Positions 20,253-30,765 of a stretch of 64,000 bases of DNA are shown here, in pieces. This DNA is from an uncultured bacterium. GTDB lineage: Bacteria > Chloroflexota > UBA5177 > JANWHV01. The stretch is taken from assembly GCA_963827235.1 (NCBI GenBank), contig CAWHAE010000014.1, positions 32,001-96,000 of the forward strand, given 5' to 3'. Made by a program: the position numbers and the translations under genes. The notes beneath the pieces are model-generated. The model did not search any database. It saw nothing but the letters and a program-made list of their open reading frames with translations, and was not told the origin of the DNA. The stretch's first letter is position 1. Each line of letters starts with the position of its first letter.

Positions 20253-21272
20253 ATGAGTCTGGGATCGTTCGTTCTTCGCCGCTTGCTGCTGATCATCCCC
20301 GTGTTGTTCGGCATCACCTGTGTGACGTTTCTGGTCTCGCATGCCGTGCCGGCTGACCCGATCGCGGCGAACCTGGGTCAACGTGCCCAGGATGACCCAG
20401 CGATCATTCAGGAGTATCGTCACGAATGGGGCCTGGACAAGTCGCTGCCGCAGCAATACGTGACCTACGTGTGGAACATCGTCCACGGTGACATGGGCAT
20501 CTCGATTTCCACTCGAAGGTCGGTGGCCGAGGACCTGAAACAATACTTTCCCGCCACCGTTGAGCTATCCGTGGCCGCGCTGTTGTTTGCCCTGCTGGTC
20601 GGCATCCCGCTCGGCGTGATCGCGTCGACGCATCGCGACAGGCCGATCGATCACCTGGCGAGAGGGCTATCCTTGATCGGCGTAGCCACGCCCACTTTCT
20701 GGCTGGGCCTGATGCTACTCGTGATCTTCTACTCGAAGCTGGGCTGGGCCCCGGGCCCGGGTCAGCTCGACTCGGACTACAGTCCGCCGCCGGTGCACAC
20801 CGGGATGATCGTGGTGGACAGCATTATCGTGGGAGACACCGACGACCTTCAGAACAGCCTCGAGCATCTCATACTGCCTGCGTTGACCCTGGGAAGCTAC
20901 ACCATGGGCATCATCACGCGCATGATCCGCAGTAGCATGGTCGAGGCGCTGGCCCAAGACTACATACGCACTGCTCGTGCCAAGGGTGTGTTTCGTCGCC
21001 GTATCATTTATCGCCACGCGCTACGCAACGCCTTCATCCCCACGCTCACACTCGTCGGTCTCGCATTCGGCAGCCTGCTCTCGGGCGCGGTGCTGACGGA
21101 GACGATTTTTTCCTGGCAGGGCATCGGTTCCTACGCCACGAAGACGGCCTCGCTGCTTGACTACCCGGCAATTATGGGTGTGGCGCTGGTCACAGCCGTG
21201 GTCTATGTGTTCGTCAATCTCGTCGTCGACATTCTCTACGGCGTGGTGAACCCCCAGATACGGTCGCGTTGA
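20253..21272 (+). CDS. Peptide ABC permease (DppB-like)
   Basis: DYIRTARAKG...HALRNA; ETIFSWQGIG. Confidence 0.93.
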   Translation: MSLGSFVLRRLLLIIPVLFGITCVTFLVSHAVPADPIAANLGQRAQDDPAIIQEYRHEWGLDKSLPQQYVTYVWNIVHGDMGISISTRRSVAEDLKQYFPATVELSVAALLFALLVGIPLGVIASTHRDRPIDHLARGLSLIGVATPTFWLGLMLLVIFYSKLGWAPGPGQLDSDYSPPPVHTGMIVVDSIIVGDTDDLQNSLEHLILPALTLGSYTMGIITRMIRSSMVEALAQDYIRTARAKGVFRRRIIYRHALRNAFIPTLTLVGLAFGSLLSGAVLTETIFSWQGIGSYATKTASLLDYPAIMGVALVTAVVYVFVNLVVDILYGVVNPQIRSR

Positions 21273-22174
21273 TGAGGCTCTCCGAAGCTGCTCAACGCGA
21301 GACCGACGAATCGGCAAAGGATCAGGCCGGACCAGTGCAGATTAGCCGGCGCAGCAGGACCAGGCTGCTCCTGCAGAACCGGCTCGCCGTTTCAGGCCTG
21401 GTAATCGTGCTATTCTGGCTGGTCATTTCCTTGCTTTCGCCGCTCCTGCCGCTGCTCGATCCGTACTTTGAGGATCTCTCGCACCGGCTGCAGGGCCCAG
21501 GGATCGCAGGTCACCTGCTAGGGACCGACACGGTAGGGCAGGATGTGCTCAGCCGCCTATGCCACGGGGGTGCGACCTCGCTCGAGCTGGGCGCGATGGT
21601 GGTCATCCTGGGAGGAGTGATTGGCCTGACTATTGGCGTGACGGCCGGATACTACGGTGGCATCGTGGACGAGGTCCTGATGCGTATGACTGAGGTCGTC
21701 TTGGCCTTCCCAGTGATCGTGCTTGCGATCGCGGTAGCAGCCGGTCTTGGGTCCAGCGAGAGGAACGCGGTCATCTCGCTGATGGTCGTATGGTGGCCTG
21801 CCTACGCCCGGCTTGGCCGAGGCCTCGTGCTGGGCATCAAGGAGCACGAATACGTGACGGCTGCGCGGGCGCTTGGCCAGAGTACGAGGGGCATACTGTG
21901 GCGAACCGTCCTTCCCAACATGATCAGTCCGGTGGTCGTCTATGCCACCATCGACCTGGGCAACGCCATCACCACGCTCGCCGCTCTCAGCTTCATTGGC
22001 GTGGGCGTGCCGCCGAACACACCTGAGTGGGGCGTTATGATCAGCCAGGGCAGCAACAACTTCGATCAGTGGTGGATCTCCGTGTTTCCCGGCCTCGCCC
22101 TGTTCAGCGTCATTGTGGGCTGCAATTTCTTCGGCGACGGCCTGCGCGACGCACTCGACCCGAGAGCAGGCTGA
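21269..22174 (+). CDS. Peptide ABC permease (DppC-like)
   Basis: HLLGTDTVGQD; EYVTAARALG; PEWG; GDGLRDALDP. Confidence 0.93.
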   Translation: MMRLSEAAQRETDESAKDQAGPVQISRRSRTRLLLQNRLAVSGLVIVLFWLVISLLSPLLPLLDPYFEDLSHRLQGPGIAGHLLGTDTVGQDVLSRLCHGGATSLELGAMVVILGGVIGLTIGVTAGYYGGIVDEVLMRMTEVVLAFPVIVLAIAVAAGLGSSERNAVISLMVVWWPAYARLGRGLVLGIKEHEYVTAARALGQSTRGILWRTVLPNMISPVVVYATIDLGNAITTLAALSFIGVGVPPNTPEWGVMISQGSNNFDQWWISVFPGLALFSVIVGCNFFGDGLRDALDPRAG

Positions 22175-22639
22175 GATCGATTCGACCCATCCATCAGAGG
22201 CCATCACGCACGGCCCAAGATGATCGAAGGTGAGTGCTCTCGGCGCCCCCAGCTCAAGGCATCGGCGCGGCGTGGATGGCGCTCGTAGCTCAGGCAGTTG
22301 TGTCGACCGGGGGCTTCATGGTCGGCTCTCCGGACGCGGAGCCCCGTCTGGCCTCGCCACCACGGTATAAGGCCGCCCCACCGTCAACGATGGACGCATC
22401 ACCTCCGGGCGCCTGGCGCGGCATGGATGCGTGCGGATGGTCAGCCTCCGCTACTACCGTGCGGCATACGGCAGGCCCAGTCGATGCGGAGCGAAACACT
22501 CGCTCATGGTCGTGGGCCGTCGCGTCGCCCATCGCATTGGTGCTGTCTGATTGAAGGTGCCTCACCGCGTACTGGCGCGGCGCGCTACGCGGGTTGCTGG
22601 CTCGTATTCTGCGTCGTGAAGCGGTGCCGTCACGCGCTA

Positions 22640-23923
22640 TCAGGGTGGCCGAGCGACTGCCGCACCGCGACCGGGCGTGCAGCGCCATAGCTCTGCCAGG
22701 ACGATGAGAATGCCGGCCGGGTAGAGCCTGAAGGCGACGGAGACGGCGGATATTGCCATGAACGGGCTGAACAGGATGATAACTATTCCGATCCAGAGCG
22801 TGAGTCGTGCGGTGGCGTTTCCGGCGCCGGTCTTGAGATGACGCAGTAGCCGTGACGGCAAGACGCCTGCGGTATCGCGGCCAGCGAAAGCCAGCACCAG
22901 CGTCGGAAATAGAGCGATGCTGTCGTACTGGTGTGAATACGGGGAAAGCAGCGTGGCTAGCAACGAGAGTGCGGCGAGTGCGTCGTTCGACGGCTTCGTG
23001 CGCCAGCGCGCGAGCAGGGCAACGACACACAGTAGCAGCAGGACAATCATGCCCGTTCCGATCCATGTTGCGATAGGGCCGGTCAACCATCCACCGTATA
23101 GGGAGGAGATTCCCAATCCGTCGGCCTTGGCCTGTTCGTGCGCGTAGCCGGTGAACCGTCGCAGAGTCTGGAGGTACGCCCAGGCGCCGTGTACTCCCAG
23201 CAGCCCGAATGTGCCGGCTACCAACATCACCACAGATGTCGCGAACATCTTCCACGATTGGCGACGGGCTCCCCAAAGAAGCGGCAGCGCGGCGCAGACT
23301 CCTATCTGCGGCTTGACCAACGTTGCCGCGACACACACGCCAAGCAGCTGCCAACGGCCCGCCACGCGCGCGTAAACGGCTAGCGCTGCACAGAGAAATA
23401 CCACCGCGAGGGGCTGGCCATAGTAGCCCATCAGGAACGCAGCTGGGCTTGCCATTATGACCGCGACGAGCGCAACGCGATCAGAGCGAGGAAGAAGTAA
23501 GCTGAGCATGGCGGCACCGCTCAGCACCAACAGGTACTGTGCCGCGGAATAGAGTACGTATGCCGTGCGCGGAGAGTACAGCAGGAACGGCGAGGTCAGT
23601 ACGAGTATCGGCGGTGTTTCGTTGACCCCTTGCTCGAAGACATGTAACTGCGCGGCGTAGAGCGCGGGCGCGGTGCTGCAGCAAGGATTCGCGCCGTGCC
23701 AGAGCGCGAGGGCTCCCACGAAGTCTGTCGTGAAATCCTGGCCGATTCCTGCGCTGAAGGGCTGCACCAGCAAGACTGACCATGCGGCGATCAGCGCGGC
23801 AATACTGAATGCGGCGACAAGCATTGTCGCGCGTGAGATGACCCGCCGTTGCTCGCTCGCAGCGCTCAAGCTCGTGTCTGTACTCCACAGCAAGGACTCC
23901 CGGCAATCGTAGGGTTTCACCAA
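22640..23923 (-). CDS. GT-C fold glycosyltransferase family 87 (DUF2029-like) membrane protein
   Basis: Multi-TM protein with DF, PP, GQ, VKPQ and SPYSHQYD motifs; start uncertain. Confidence 0.7.
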   Translation of the reverse strand: MVKPYDCRESLLWSTDTSLSAASEQRRVISRATMLVAAFSIAALIAAWSVLLVQPFSAGIGQDFTTDFVGALALWHGANPCCSTAPALYAAQLHVFEQGVNETPPILVLTSPFLLYSPRTAYVLYSAAQYLLVLSGAAMLSLLLPRSDRVALVAVIMASPAAFLMGYYGQPLAVVFLCAALAVYARVAGRWQLLGVCVAATLVKPQIGVCAALPLLWGARRQSWKMFATSVVMLVAGTFGLLGVHGAWAYLQTLRRFTGYAHEQAKADGLGISSLYGGWLTGPIATWIGTGMIVLLLLCVVALLARWRTKPSNDALAALSLLATLLSPYSHQYDSIALFPTLVLAFAGRDTAGVLPSRLLRHLKTGAGNATARLTLWIGIVIILFSPFMAISAVSVAFRLYPAGILIVLAELWRCTPGRGAAVARPP

Positions 23924-24289
23924 GCCTTGTGCAACCGCCCGATCGTCATCTCGTGGGCGCTGACCCTCGCGATGCCGCGAATCGTGTGCAGTAAGGAGTC
24001 GCGATCGGAGTCAGGGTACGAGTTGCACCGGCGCGTGATGCAGGATGTGCGGGTCCGCCGTCCAGCGGGGCGAGCCACCGGCAAGACAAAGCACGAATGA
24101 GGAGCTCGACCCCAGCACGGCAAGCACTGGCGGTCGTATAGCCTATAATGCCGCATCCGCAGGCTGCAGGCACCGAACATGGGACCTCGCTCACTGCGCA
24201 AGGCTACGTGTAGCGGCAAGCGATCTGCAGCCAAGAACCAGCATCCACAGCGCCCATCCGCCTTGGGGGCACAGGTGGAATTGGGGAGT

Positions 24290-24377
24290 TGGTGCCGAGG
24301 AGGAGACTCGAACTCCTATGGGCGCAATGCCCGCTAGCCCCTCAAGCTAGTGCGTCTGCCAGTTCCGCCACCTCGGC
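24290..24377 (-). tRNA. tRNA-Leu (anticodon GAG), CCA encoded
   Basis: GCCGAGG...CCTCGGC-A-CCA acceptor, CTAGC-TTGAGGG-GCTAG anticodon arm, long variable arm, GTTCGAGTC T-loop. Confidence 0.97.
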
Positions 24378-24388
24378 TTACCTCCGGT

Positions 24389-24417
24389 AGTATAGGGGTC
24401 GCCGCAGCGAATGTCAA
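24389..24417 (-). promoter_or_regulatory. tRNA-Leu promoter
   Basis: TTGACA-17-TATACT on minus strand. Confidence 0.8.
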
Positions 24418-24448
24418 ACACTGTCTAGGACGCGCTGATGCGTGCGAA

Positions 24449-24477
24449 TTGACACGTCCACGGCCACGGGTTAGACT
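24449..24477 (+). promoter_or_regulatory. nusA operon promoter
   Basis: TTGACA-17-TAGACT. Confidence 0.75.
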
Positions 24478-24678
24478 CCCCAAGGGAGCCATAGCCGTTG
24501 GCTGCGTTTTTGCGTGCCCGGATTCCGCGCGAGCGGTTAGGCGAGGCCGGGGACCCTCGTGGACTGCTGCAGGATGCCGGACACGCATTCGACCGAGACT
24601 TGAAGGGAACCACAGCGTAGCAGCATTGGCGCAGTGAGCGGGTCCTCGAGGACCAGCGTGATGGCTGTCACGGCGTGG

Positions 24679-24703
24679 AGAAGTGGGCACGGTGCCCACT
24701 TCT
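24679..24703 (+). promoter_or_regulatory. rimP-leader-like hairpin upstream of nusA
   Basis: AGAAGTGGGCAC-G-GTGCCCACTTCT, matching the GTGGG...CCCAC hairpin known ahead of rimP-nusA-infB. Confidence 0.7.
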
Positions 24704-24766
24704 TGCTATCTGGGGAACGTTTTCGTGTGGGTCGGGATTGGCCATGGAGCAGTAAGGGCGGGTGAC

Positions 24767-25939
24767 ATGATGAAGAACGACTTTCTCACCGCAATCCTGC
24801 AGATCACGGACGAGAAACATTTGCCCAAAGACGTCGTGGTCCAAGCGATAGAATCGGCGCTCACGGCAACATACAAGCGGAACCTCGGTCAAGTGCCCGA
24901 GGTCCACGTCAGGCTCAACGAACATACCGGCGAGTTCAGGATATTCGCTGAAAAGCGGGTCGTGATTGACGTCAAGGACCCCAAGGTCGAGGTGTCGCTG
25001 AAAGACGCGCAGAGCCTGCCGGAAAGAGCCGGTCTCGACGACATCGTGGAGATTGAGATCGAGAAGCCAGCGGACTTTGGGCGTATCGCCGCCCAGACTG
25101 CTCGGCAGGTGATCATGCAGCGCATCAACGACGCCGAGCGGGATAAGCTCTACTCTGAGCTGGTCGGGCATGAAAACGACCTCCACAGCGGCATCGTGCA
25201 ACGCATAGAGCCCGGGCGAGGCGTAATCCTCGATCTCGGTAAAGTTGAGGCGGTGCTGCCACCGCAGGAACAGGCGCCGGGCGAGCACTATCGCGTGGGC
25301 CAACGACTGAAAGTCTATATGATGGAGATCGCCAAGACGCCTCGCGGGTTGCAGGTCACGGTGTCGCGCACGCACCGCAACCTGGTCAAGCGTCTTTTCG
25401 AGCTCGAGGTACCTGAGATCTACACGGGACTGGTTGAGATCAAGGCAATTGCCAGGGATCCTGGAGTGCGTACCAAGGTTGCGGTAGCAGCTCGTCAGGA
25501 CAATGTCGACCCGGTCGGTGCGTGTGTCGGCCAGCGAGGCGTGCGAATTCAAAACGTGGTGAATGAGCTGAACGGTGAGAAGATCGACGTTGCTCAGTGG
25601 CATAGCGATCCGGCAACGTTCGTGGCCAACGCGCTCAGGCCGGCCACCGTGTTGCGGGTGACGATTGAAGAAGGCACAAAGAGCGCACTCGTCGTCGTGC
25701 CTGAGCGAGAGCTCTCGCTGGCAATTGGTAAGGACGGGCAGAACGCCCGACTCGCGGCCCGCCTGACGGGCTGGAGAATCGACATCAAGCGGCCCTCCGA
25801 ACAGTCCGGCGGCGATCAGCCCGGCTCTCACGTTGCGAGCGAGGGACAGAGCTCGCATTCCGCGGGTGCCGGTCACAACGCGCATGCTTCAGGTGCCGGC
25901 CACAGCTCGCGCACGGCAAGCGCGGGACGCAAGCGATGA
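24767..25939 (+). CDS. nusA: Transcription termination/antitermination factor NusA
   Basis: [53 protein letters not shown]. Confidence 0.97.
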   Translation: MMKNDFLTAILQITDEKHLPKDVVVQAIESALTATYKRNLGQVPEVHVRLNEHTGEFRIFAEKRVVIDVKDPKVEVSLKDAQSLPERAGLDDIVEIEIEKPADFGRIAAQTARQVIMQRINDAERDKLYSELVGHENDLHSGIVQRIEPGRGVILDLGKVEAVLPPQEQAPGEHYRVGQRLKVYMMEIAKTPRGLQVTVSRTHRNLVKRLFELEVPEIYTGLVEIKAIARDPGVRTKVAVAARQDNVDPVGACVGQRGVRIQNVVNELNGEKIDVAQWHSDPATFVANALRPATVLRVTIEEGTKSALVVVPERELSLAIGKDGQNARLAARLTGWRIDIKRPSEQSGGDQPGSHVASEGQSSHSAGAGHNAHASGAGHSSRTASAGRKR

Positions 25940-26272
25940 CCACGACCGCGCCCGACGCGACCCCGGCACCGACTCGGGCGAAAAAGCGACCTGCGATCAA
26001 GCACGTGCCTGAGCGCACGTGCGTTGCCTGCCGCACATCGCGGCCGAAGCGGCATCTCGTGCGAGTCGTGCGTACCGCGGAAGGCAATATCGAAGTGGAT
26101 CGGACCGGCCGCAAGGCCGGCAGGGGCGCATACCTGTGCCCGGCTCAGGAATGCTGGCGACTTGCTAGGGCACGGAGATCGCTGGACCAAGCGCTGTCCG
26201 TCGTCGTAACCGCCGATGCCTGGGATCAGCTGGACGCATATGCAGAGCGACTACCGGAGACGCGCGATTTGA
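25936..26272 (+). CDS. ylxR: YlxR/RnpM (DUF448) RNA-binding protein; stop apparently lost to an extra T at ~26269
   Basis: [16 protein letters not shown]; removing one T from GATTTGA restores TGA before the infB RBS. Confidence 0.88.
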
Positions 26273-26293
26273 CGCGTCTTCACGGAGGGTACT

Positions 26294-28228
26294 ATGGCAG
26301 GACAAAGACCAGGCGGCGGCAATCGGGGCAACGGCAGACGTCCGGGTGGTGGCGGTCGTCCTCGGCCGTCCGGCAGGCGGGGGACATCGAGGTGGACCCG
26401 GTGCCGTCGGCTTACTGGAGAGCAGCGATGACTCCAGATCGTCGGTCGATAGACCGCATTCTATCGAGCTGCCTTCCGTCATGACGGTCAAGGAGCTGGC
26501 AGACTCGCTGGCCGTCGAGCCGGTGCAGGTCATGAAGCTCCTGATCAAGAACGGCATGATGGCCACGATCAACCAGGAGATTGACTACGATACCGGCGCA
26601 ATCGTGGCCTCGGAGCTGGGCGTGGAAGCCTCGGAGCAGAAGCGGGCCGAGGTCGAGGTGGACGCGCGAGCCGAGGCTTCGCATGGCTCGTCTGTCCTGG
26701 ACGAGGACCCGGCCAAGTTGAGGCCGCGTCCTCCGGTGGTCACGATCATGGGTCACGTCGACCACGGCAAGACGTCACTGCTCGACGCGATCCGCCAAAC
26801 CAACGTCGTCGCCGGAGAAGCTGGAGGAATCACCCAGCATATCGGAGCCTATCAGGTCGAGAAAGAGCGGGAGGAAGATCACCTTCCTCGACACGCCCGG
26901 TCACCAGGCATTCACCGCTATGCGGGCTCGTGGCGCGCAGGTGACCGACCTAGTGATCATCGTGGTGGCGGCGGACGACGGTGTCATGCCACAGACGAGA
27001 GAGGCGATCGCGCATGCGCGCGCCGCCCGAGTGCCCATCATCGTCGCAATCAACAAGATCGACACGCCCGGCGCCAACCCCGATCGGGTGAAGCAGGAGC
27101 TTGCGCAGGTTGGCGTCCAGGTCGAGGAGTACGGTGGAGACGTAGTCTGCGTCGAGGTATCGGCCAAGAAGAAAGTCGGGCTGCAGGAGCTGCTCGACAT
27201 GATTCTCCTGGTCACGGAGATCCAGGACCTGAAGGCCAATCCGGATCGGCCGGCGTTGGGCACCGTCGTAGAAGCACGTCTTGATCGCATGAAGGGCTCG
27301 ATGTGTACGGTACTGGTGCGCAGCGGCACGCTTCGACTCGGCGATACCGTCGTCGTGGGCAGCGTCTACGGCCGGATCAGGGCCATGTATAACGATCGTG
27401 GCAAAGCGATCAAGGTGGCCGGACCGTCCTTCCCAGTCGAGATCCTCGGGCTGCTCGACGTGCCCGCGGCAGGCGACACCCTCCAGGTGTTCGGCGACGA
27501 GAAGTATGCGCGAACGCTTGCCGCGGAGCGGGCGCGTGAAAAGCGCGCGGAGTCGCTACAGCCTACCAAGAAGCTTGGCCTGGCCGACCTGTCGTCGTTC
27601 ATACAGGCCGGTCAGATGAAAGAGCTCAATATCGTCCTCAAGGCAGACGTCAAGGGCTCCGTTGAAGCGGTGAAGAGCGAGTTGGAGAAGCTTTCCAACG
27701 AGACCGTGAAGCTAAGCGTGCTCCTGGCCGACACCGGACCGGTCACCGAGTCCGACATCCAACTGGCCGCGGCTTCGCAGGCAATCGTGGTCGGCTTCAA
27801 CGTGCGCCTGGACCCTGGGGCCAAAAACGCCGTGACGGCCACTGGCGTGGACGTTCGCTTCTACGACATCATCTACAAGCTGACGGAGGACATCGAGGCC
27901 GCTCTGCGAGGTATGCTCGATCCATCGTATCAGGATGTCGTGACTGGGCACGCCGAGGTGCTGCAGATCTTCCCGGCCTCCAAGACCGAGAAGGCAGCTG
28001 GATCGCGGATAGTCGGACGGCACTGTGCACCGGGGGGACAATGTCCGGGTGCTGCGAAACGACAAGGTGGTCGGCGAGACCAAGATCACGTCGCTTCGGC
28101 GCGGGCGCGATGACGCGCGTGAGGTGAACGCCGGCTTCGAGTGCGGCATCGTGCTGGATCAGTACAACGATTTCGAAGTCGGAGACGTTCTCGAGACCTG
28201 GACGCGGGAAAAGGTAATATCTGCATGA
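26294..28228 (+). CDS. infB: Translation initiation factor IF-2 (three apparent +1 indels at ~26363, ~26863, ~28015)
   Basis: GGAGG RBS; [27 protein letters not shown] and GFECGI motifs spread over frames. Confidence 0.93.
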
Positions 28229-28578
28229 CCCAGTACCGATCCGAGCGCTTGAGCCACGCAATTCGCCGCTATGTGAGCGAGGCGCTGGAGTTTGAGCTTC
28301 GCGATCCTCGCCTGAACATGGCAAGCGTCACACGGGTCGAGGTCAGCCAGGACCGACAACACGCCAAGGTCTTTATCAGTGCTGTCACGGCGAGTGACCG
28401 CGACGAGGCAGCAAAGGTGCTTGAGCGGGCCCGCGGCTACCTGCGGAAAGGCCTTGCGTCCAGGCTGACCACACGAACGACTCCAGAGCTGCATTTCGTG
28501 GCCGACGCGGCGATCGCCGGAGGCGATCACGTGCTCGCCCTGATGCGCGAGATGGAAGATACGGAAGGAACGCAATAG
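28225..28578 (+). CDS. rbfA: 30S ribosome-binding factor A
   Basis: ELRDPRL, VEVSQD, TPELHF; ATGA overlap with infB. Confidence 0.93.
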   Translation: MTQYRSERLSHAIRRYVSEALEFELRDPRLNMASVTRVEVSQDRQHAKVFISAVTASDRDEAAKVLERARGYLRKGLASRLTTRTTPELHFVADAAIAGGDHVLALMREMEDTEGTQ

Positions 28579-29596
28579 TGCAAGACGGTCCCGACTTTGC
28601 GGCCGGCGGCAACGTTCCTCTGAGCACGATAGCGGAGACGTTGCGCAGCAGTCACGACGTCATGATTGTCACTCACAGGAACCCGGATGGCGATGCCGTG
28701 GGATCGGCCGCGGCGCTCGCCGCCTCGCTACGCACTCTGGGCGCTCAAGTCACTCTGGTGTGCCCGGATCCCGTACCGGGCTACCTGCTCAAGCATGCCT
28801 GGTGCACGGGACTTCATTCAGGCTGTCGAACGAGATGATTATGACCTTGTCGTCGCGGTCGACGTATCCGACCCTGCGCTGCTCAAACCACTGCCCATCA
28901 CCGAGCCGCGCTTCTTTCTCGATCGGCGATCCGTCAATATCGACCATCATTTCAGTAACCTGTACTATGCGACGCTCAATCATGTCGACGTGGAGGCGGC
29001 GTCGGCAACTGAGATCGTCGGCCGGCTGTTCAGGGAGGAGCTATCGCTTGCCTACACCGCGGACATTGCCTCGGATCTGCTCTATGGTGTGGTGAACGAT
29101 ACGCATTCCTTCCAGAACACAAACACCACACCGAGGACCTTGCGCTTCTCCGCCGATCTGGTGGAGGCGGGCGCGGATCTCTCCGCCATTGTCTTCAACC
29201 TGTTGTTGGAGAAGCGCGTTTCGGCGGCGCGCCTGTGGGCGGAGACTCTACCGACACTGCGCTTTGCCGAGCAAGAACGGGTCGCCTTCCTTACCGTGTC
29301 GCTCGATGCGCTCAATCGCGCTGGAGGCACGCTGGAGGATGCCGATGGGCTTGTCGAGTTTCTGCGCAACATTCAGGGCGTTGACCTGGCGGTCCTGTTC
29401 AAACAAACGTCGCCGGACGAGTATCGGCTCAGCCTGCGCACCAAGCTTCGCGGTAGACGCGACCGTCGTCGCAGGTATATTCGGCGGTGGCGGACATCAA
29501 CGGGCGTCGGGAGGAGACGCCAGAGGGGACCTGAGTGCGATCGAACGCCGTATCGTGGACGTCTATCGCGCGACTCGTACGCCTGGCGGCGCGTAG
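28578..29596 (+). CDS. nrnA: DHH/DHHA1 oligoribonuclease/PAP phosphatase (two apparent +1 indels at ~28791, ~29443)
   Basis: HRNPDGDAVGS, NIDHH, SLRT, FGGGGH motifs. Confidence 0.88.
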
Positions 29597-29763
29597 CCCA
29601 TCCCGGCTGACCTGCACGTTCAGGCGTGGGCCCGGCAGCGAGCAGCGACTCTCGAGTTGAGGGACGGCTGCGGCGACACATCGGCAGTATCTGTGGAGGG
29701 CCCGCAAGGTGCGCGCCGGGTGTGCCGGTGCCGGGGCGAGCCAATGTGATGCGCGCGAGTTCT

Positions 29764-30765
29764 ATGGATGGTATTCTGGCGATCGACAAACCATATGGCT
29801 GGACGTCTCACGACGTCGTGGCCAAGGTCCGCGTACTGGCGGGACAACGAAAGATCGGGCATGCAGGCACGCTCGATCCGATGGCCACCGGTGTGCTGCT
29901 GCTGTGTCTGGGCGACGCGACGCGAGTGAGCGAGGCACTGATGGCCGGGGTGAAATGGTATCTCGCCCGGGTCGCTTTTGGCGCTGCTACCACGACGGAC
30001 GACGCGTTGGGCGAGGTCACCCTGTCTCGCTCACCTGAGTTCACGCAACGTGAGCTGATAGCGGGTCTCGAGGAACAGGTCGGTGCCATTGAGCAGCGGC
30101 CGCCGGCGTATGCCGCGGTCAAGCGGGAAGGCGTTCCGGCGTACAAGATGGCGCGCACGGGCCAGGAGGTGGTGCTCGCCCCGAGAACGGTATACATCCA
30201 CTCCATCTGCCTGCTGGAATTCGCTTCAGGCGGTGGCGAGGCGGTGCACGAGGTGGCAGAGCGCTTGCCCGTTGATCATTTCGCTGGGCAAGACGGGCCT
30301 CGTGCCGCACCGGCAATGGAGCTGGCATACGCCACGCTGCTCGTCTCCTGCGGTAAAGGCACCTACATCCGGTCAATCGCGCGTGATCTGGGCGCCTCGC
30401 TTGGTTGCGGAGCGCACCTATGCGGTCTCCGCAGGCTTGGTAGCGGAAGCTTCACCACGCGCGACACCGTGACGGTGCCTGACCTGCAGAATCGTGTCGC
30501 CGCTCAAGGACCGGTGGGGCTGGCGAGGGCGCTGGTGCCGGCGGACCGAGCCCTCGAGGATTGGCCGGCCTTCGTGGTTGGCGCTGAGCAGGCCGGGCTT
30601 GTGGCAAACGGTGCTTCGCTGTCCGTGCCTTGCAGTCTGCCGGGGCCGCGCGCCAGGCTCTACGACACGCGTGGCGCGCTGATCGGCTTGGCGGCCCTGG
30701 AACAGCCGCGGCCGGATCACGTTACGGTTCGTCCATTCACAGTGTTTGCGGGAGCAGCGAGGTGA
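29764..30765 (+). CDS. truB: tRNA pseudouridine(55) synthase
   Basis: DKPYGWTSHDVV, GHAGTLDPMATGVL, CGKGTYIRSIARDLG. Confidence 0.96.
   Translation: MDGILAIDKPYGWTSHDVVAKVRVLAGQRKIGHAGTLDPMATGVLLLCLGDATRVSEALMAGVKWYLARVAFGAATTTDDALGEVTLSRSPEFTQRELIAGLEEQVGAIEQRPPAYAAVKREGVPAYKMARTGQEVVLAPRTVYIHSICLLEFASGGGEAVHEVAERLPVDHFAGQDGPRAAPAMELAYATLLVSCGKGTYIRSIARDLGASLGCGAHLCGLRRLGSGSFTTRDTVTVPDLQNRVAAQGPVGLARALVPADRALEDWPAFVVGAEQAGLVANGASLSVPCSLPGPRARLYDTRGALIGLAALEQPRPDHVTVRPFTVFAGAAR

Noticed and set aside
22234-22554. Short ORFs on either strand between dppC and GT87
   Set aside because: No recognisable motifs or convincing RBS; likely chance ORFs
1-24290. Genomic island integrated at tRNA-Leu
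   Set aside because: No adjacent integrase and no duplicated tRNA 3' end seen in the window
26294-28228. Programmed frameshifting or pseudogenisation of infB (also cdsA, coaBC, nrnA)
   Set aside because: No shared slippery heptamer or stimulator; scattered one-base indels in essential genes fit sequencing error
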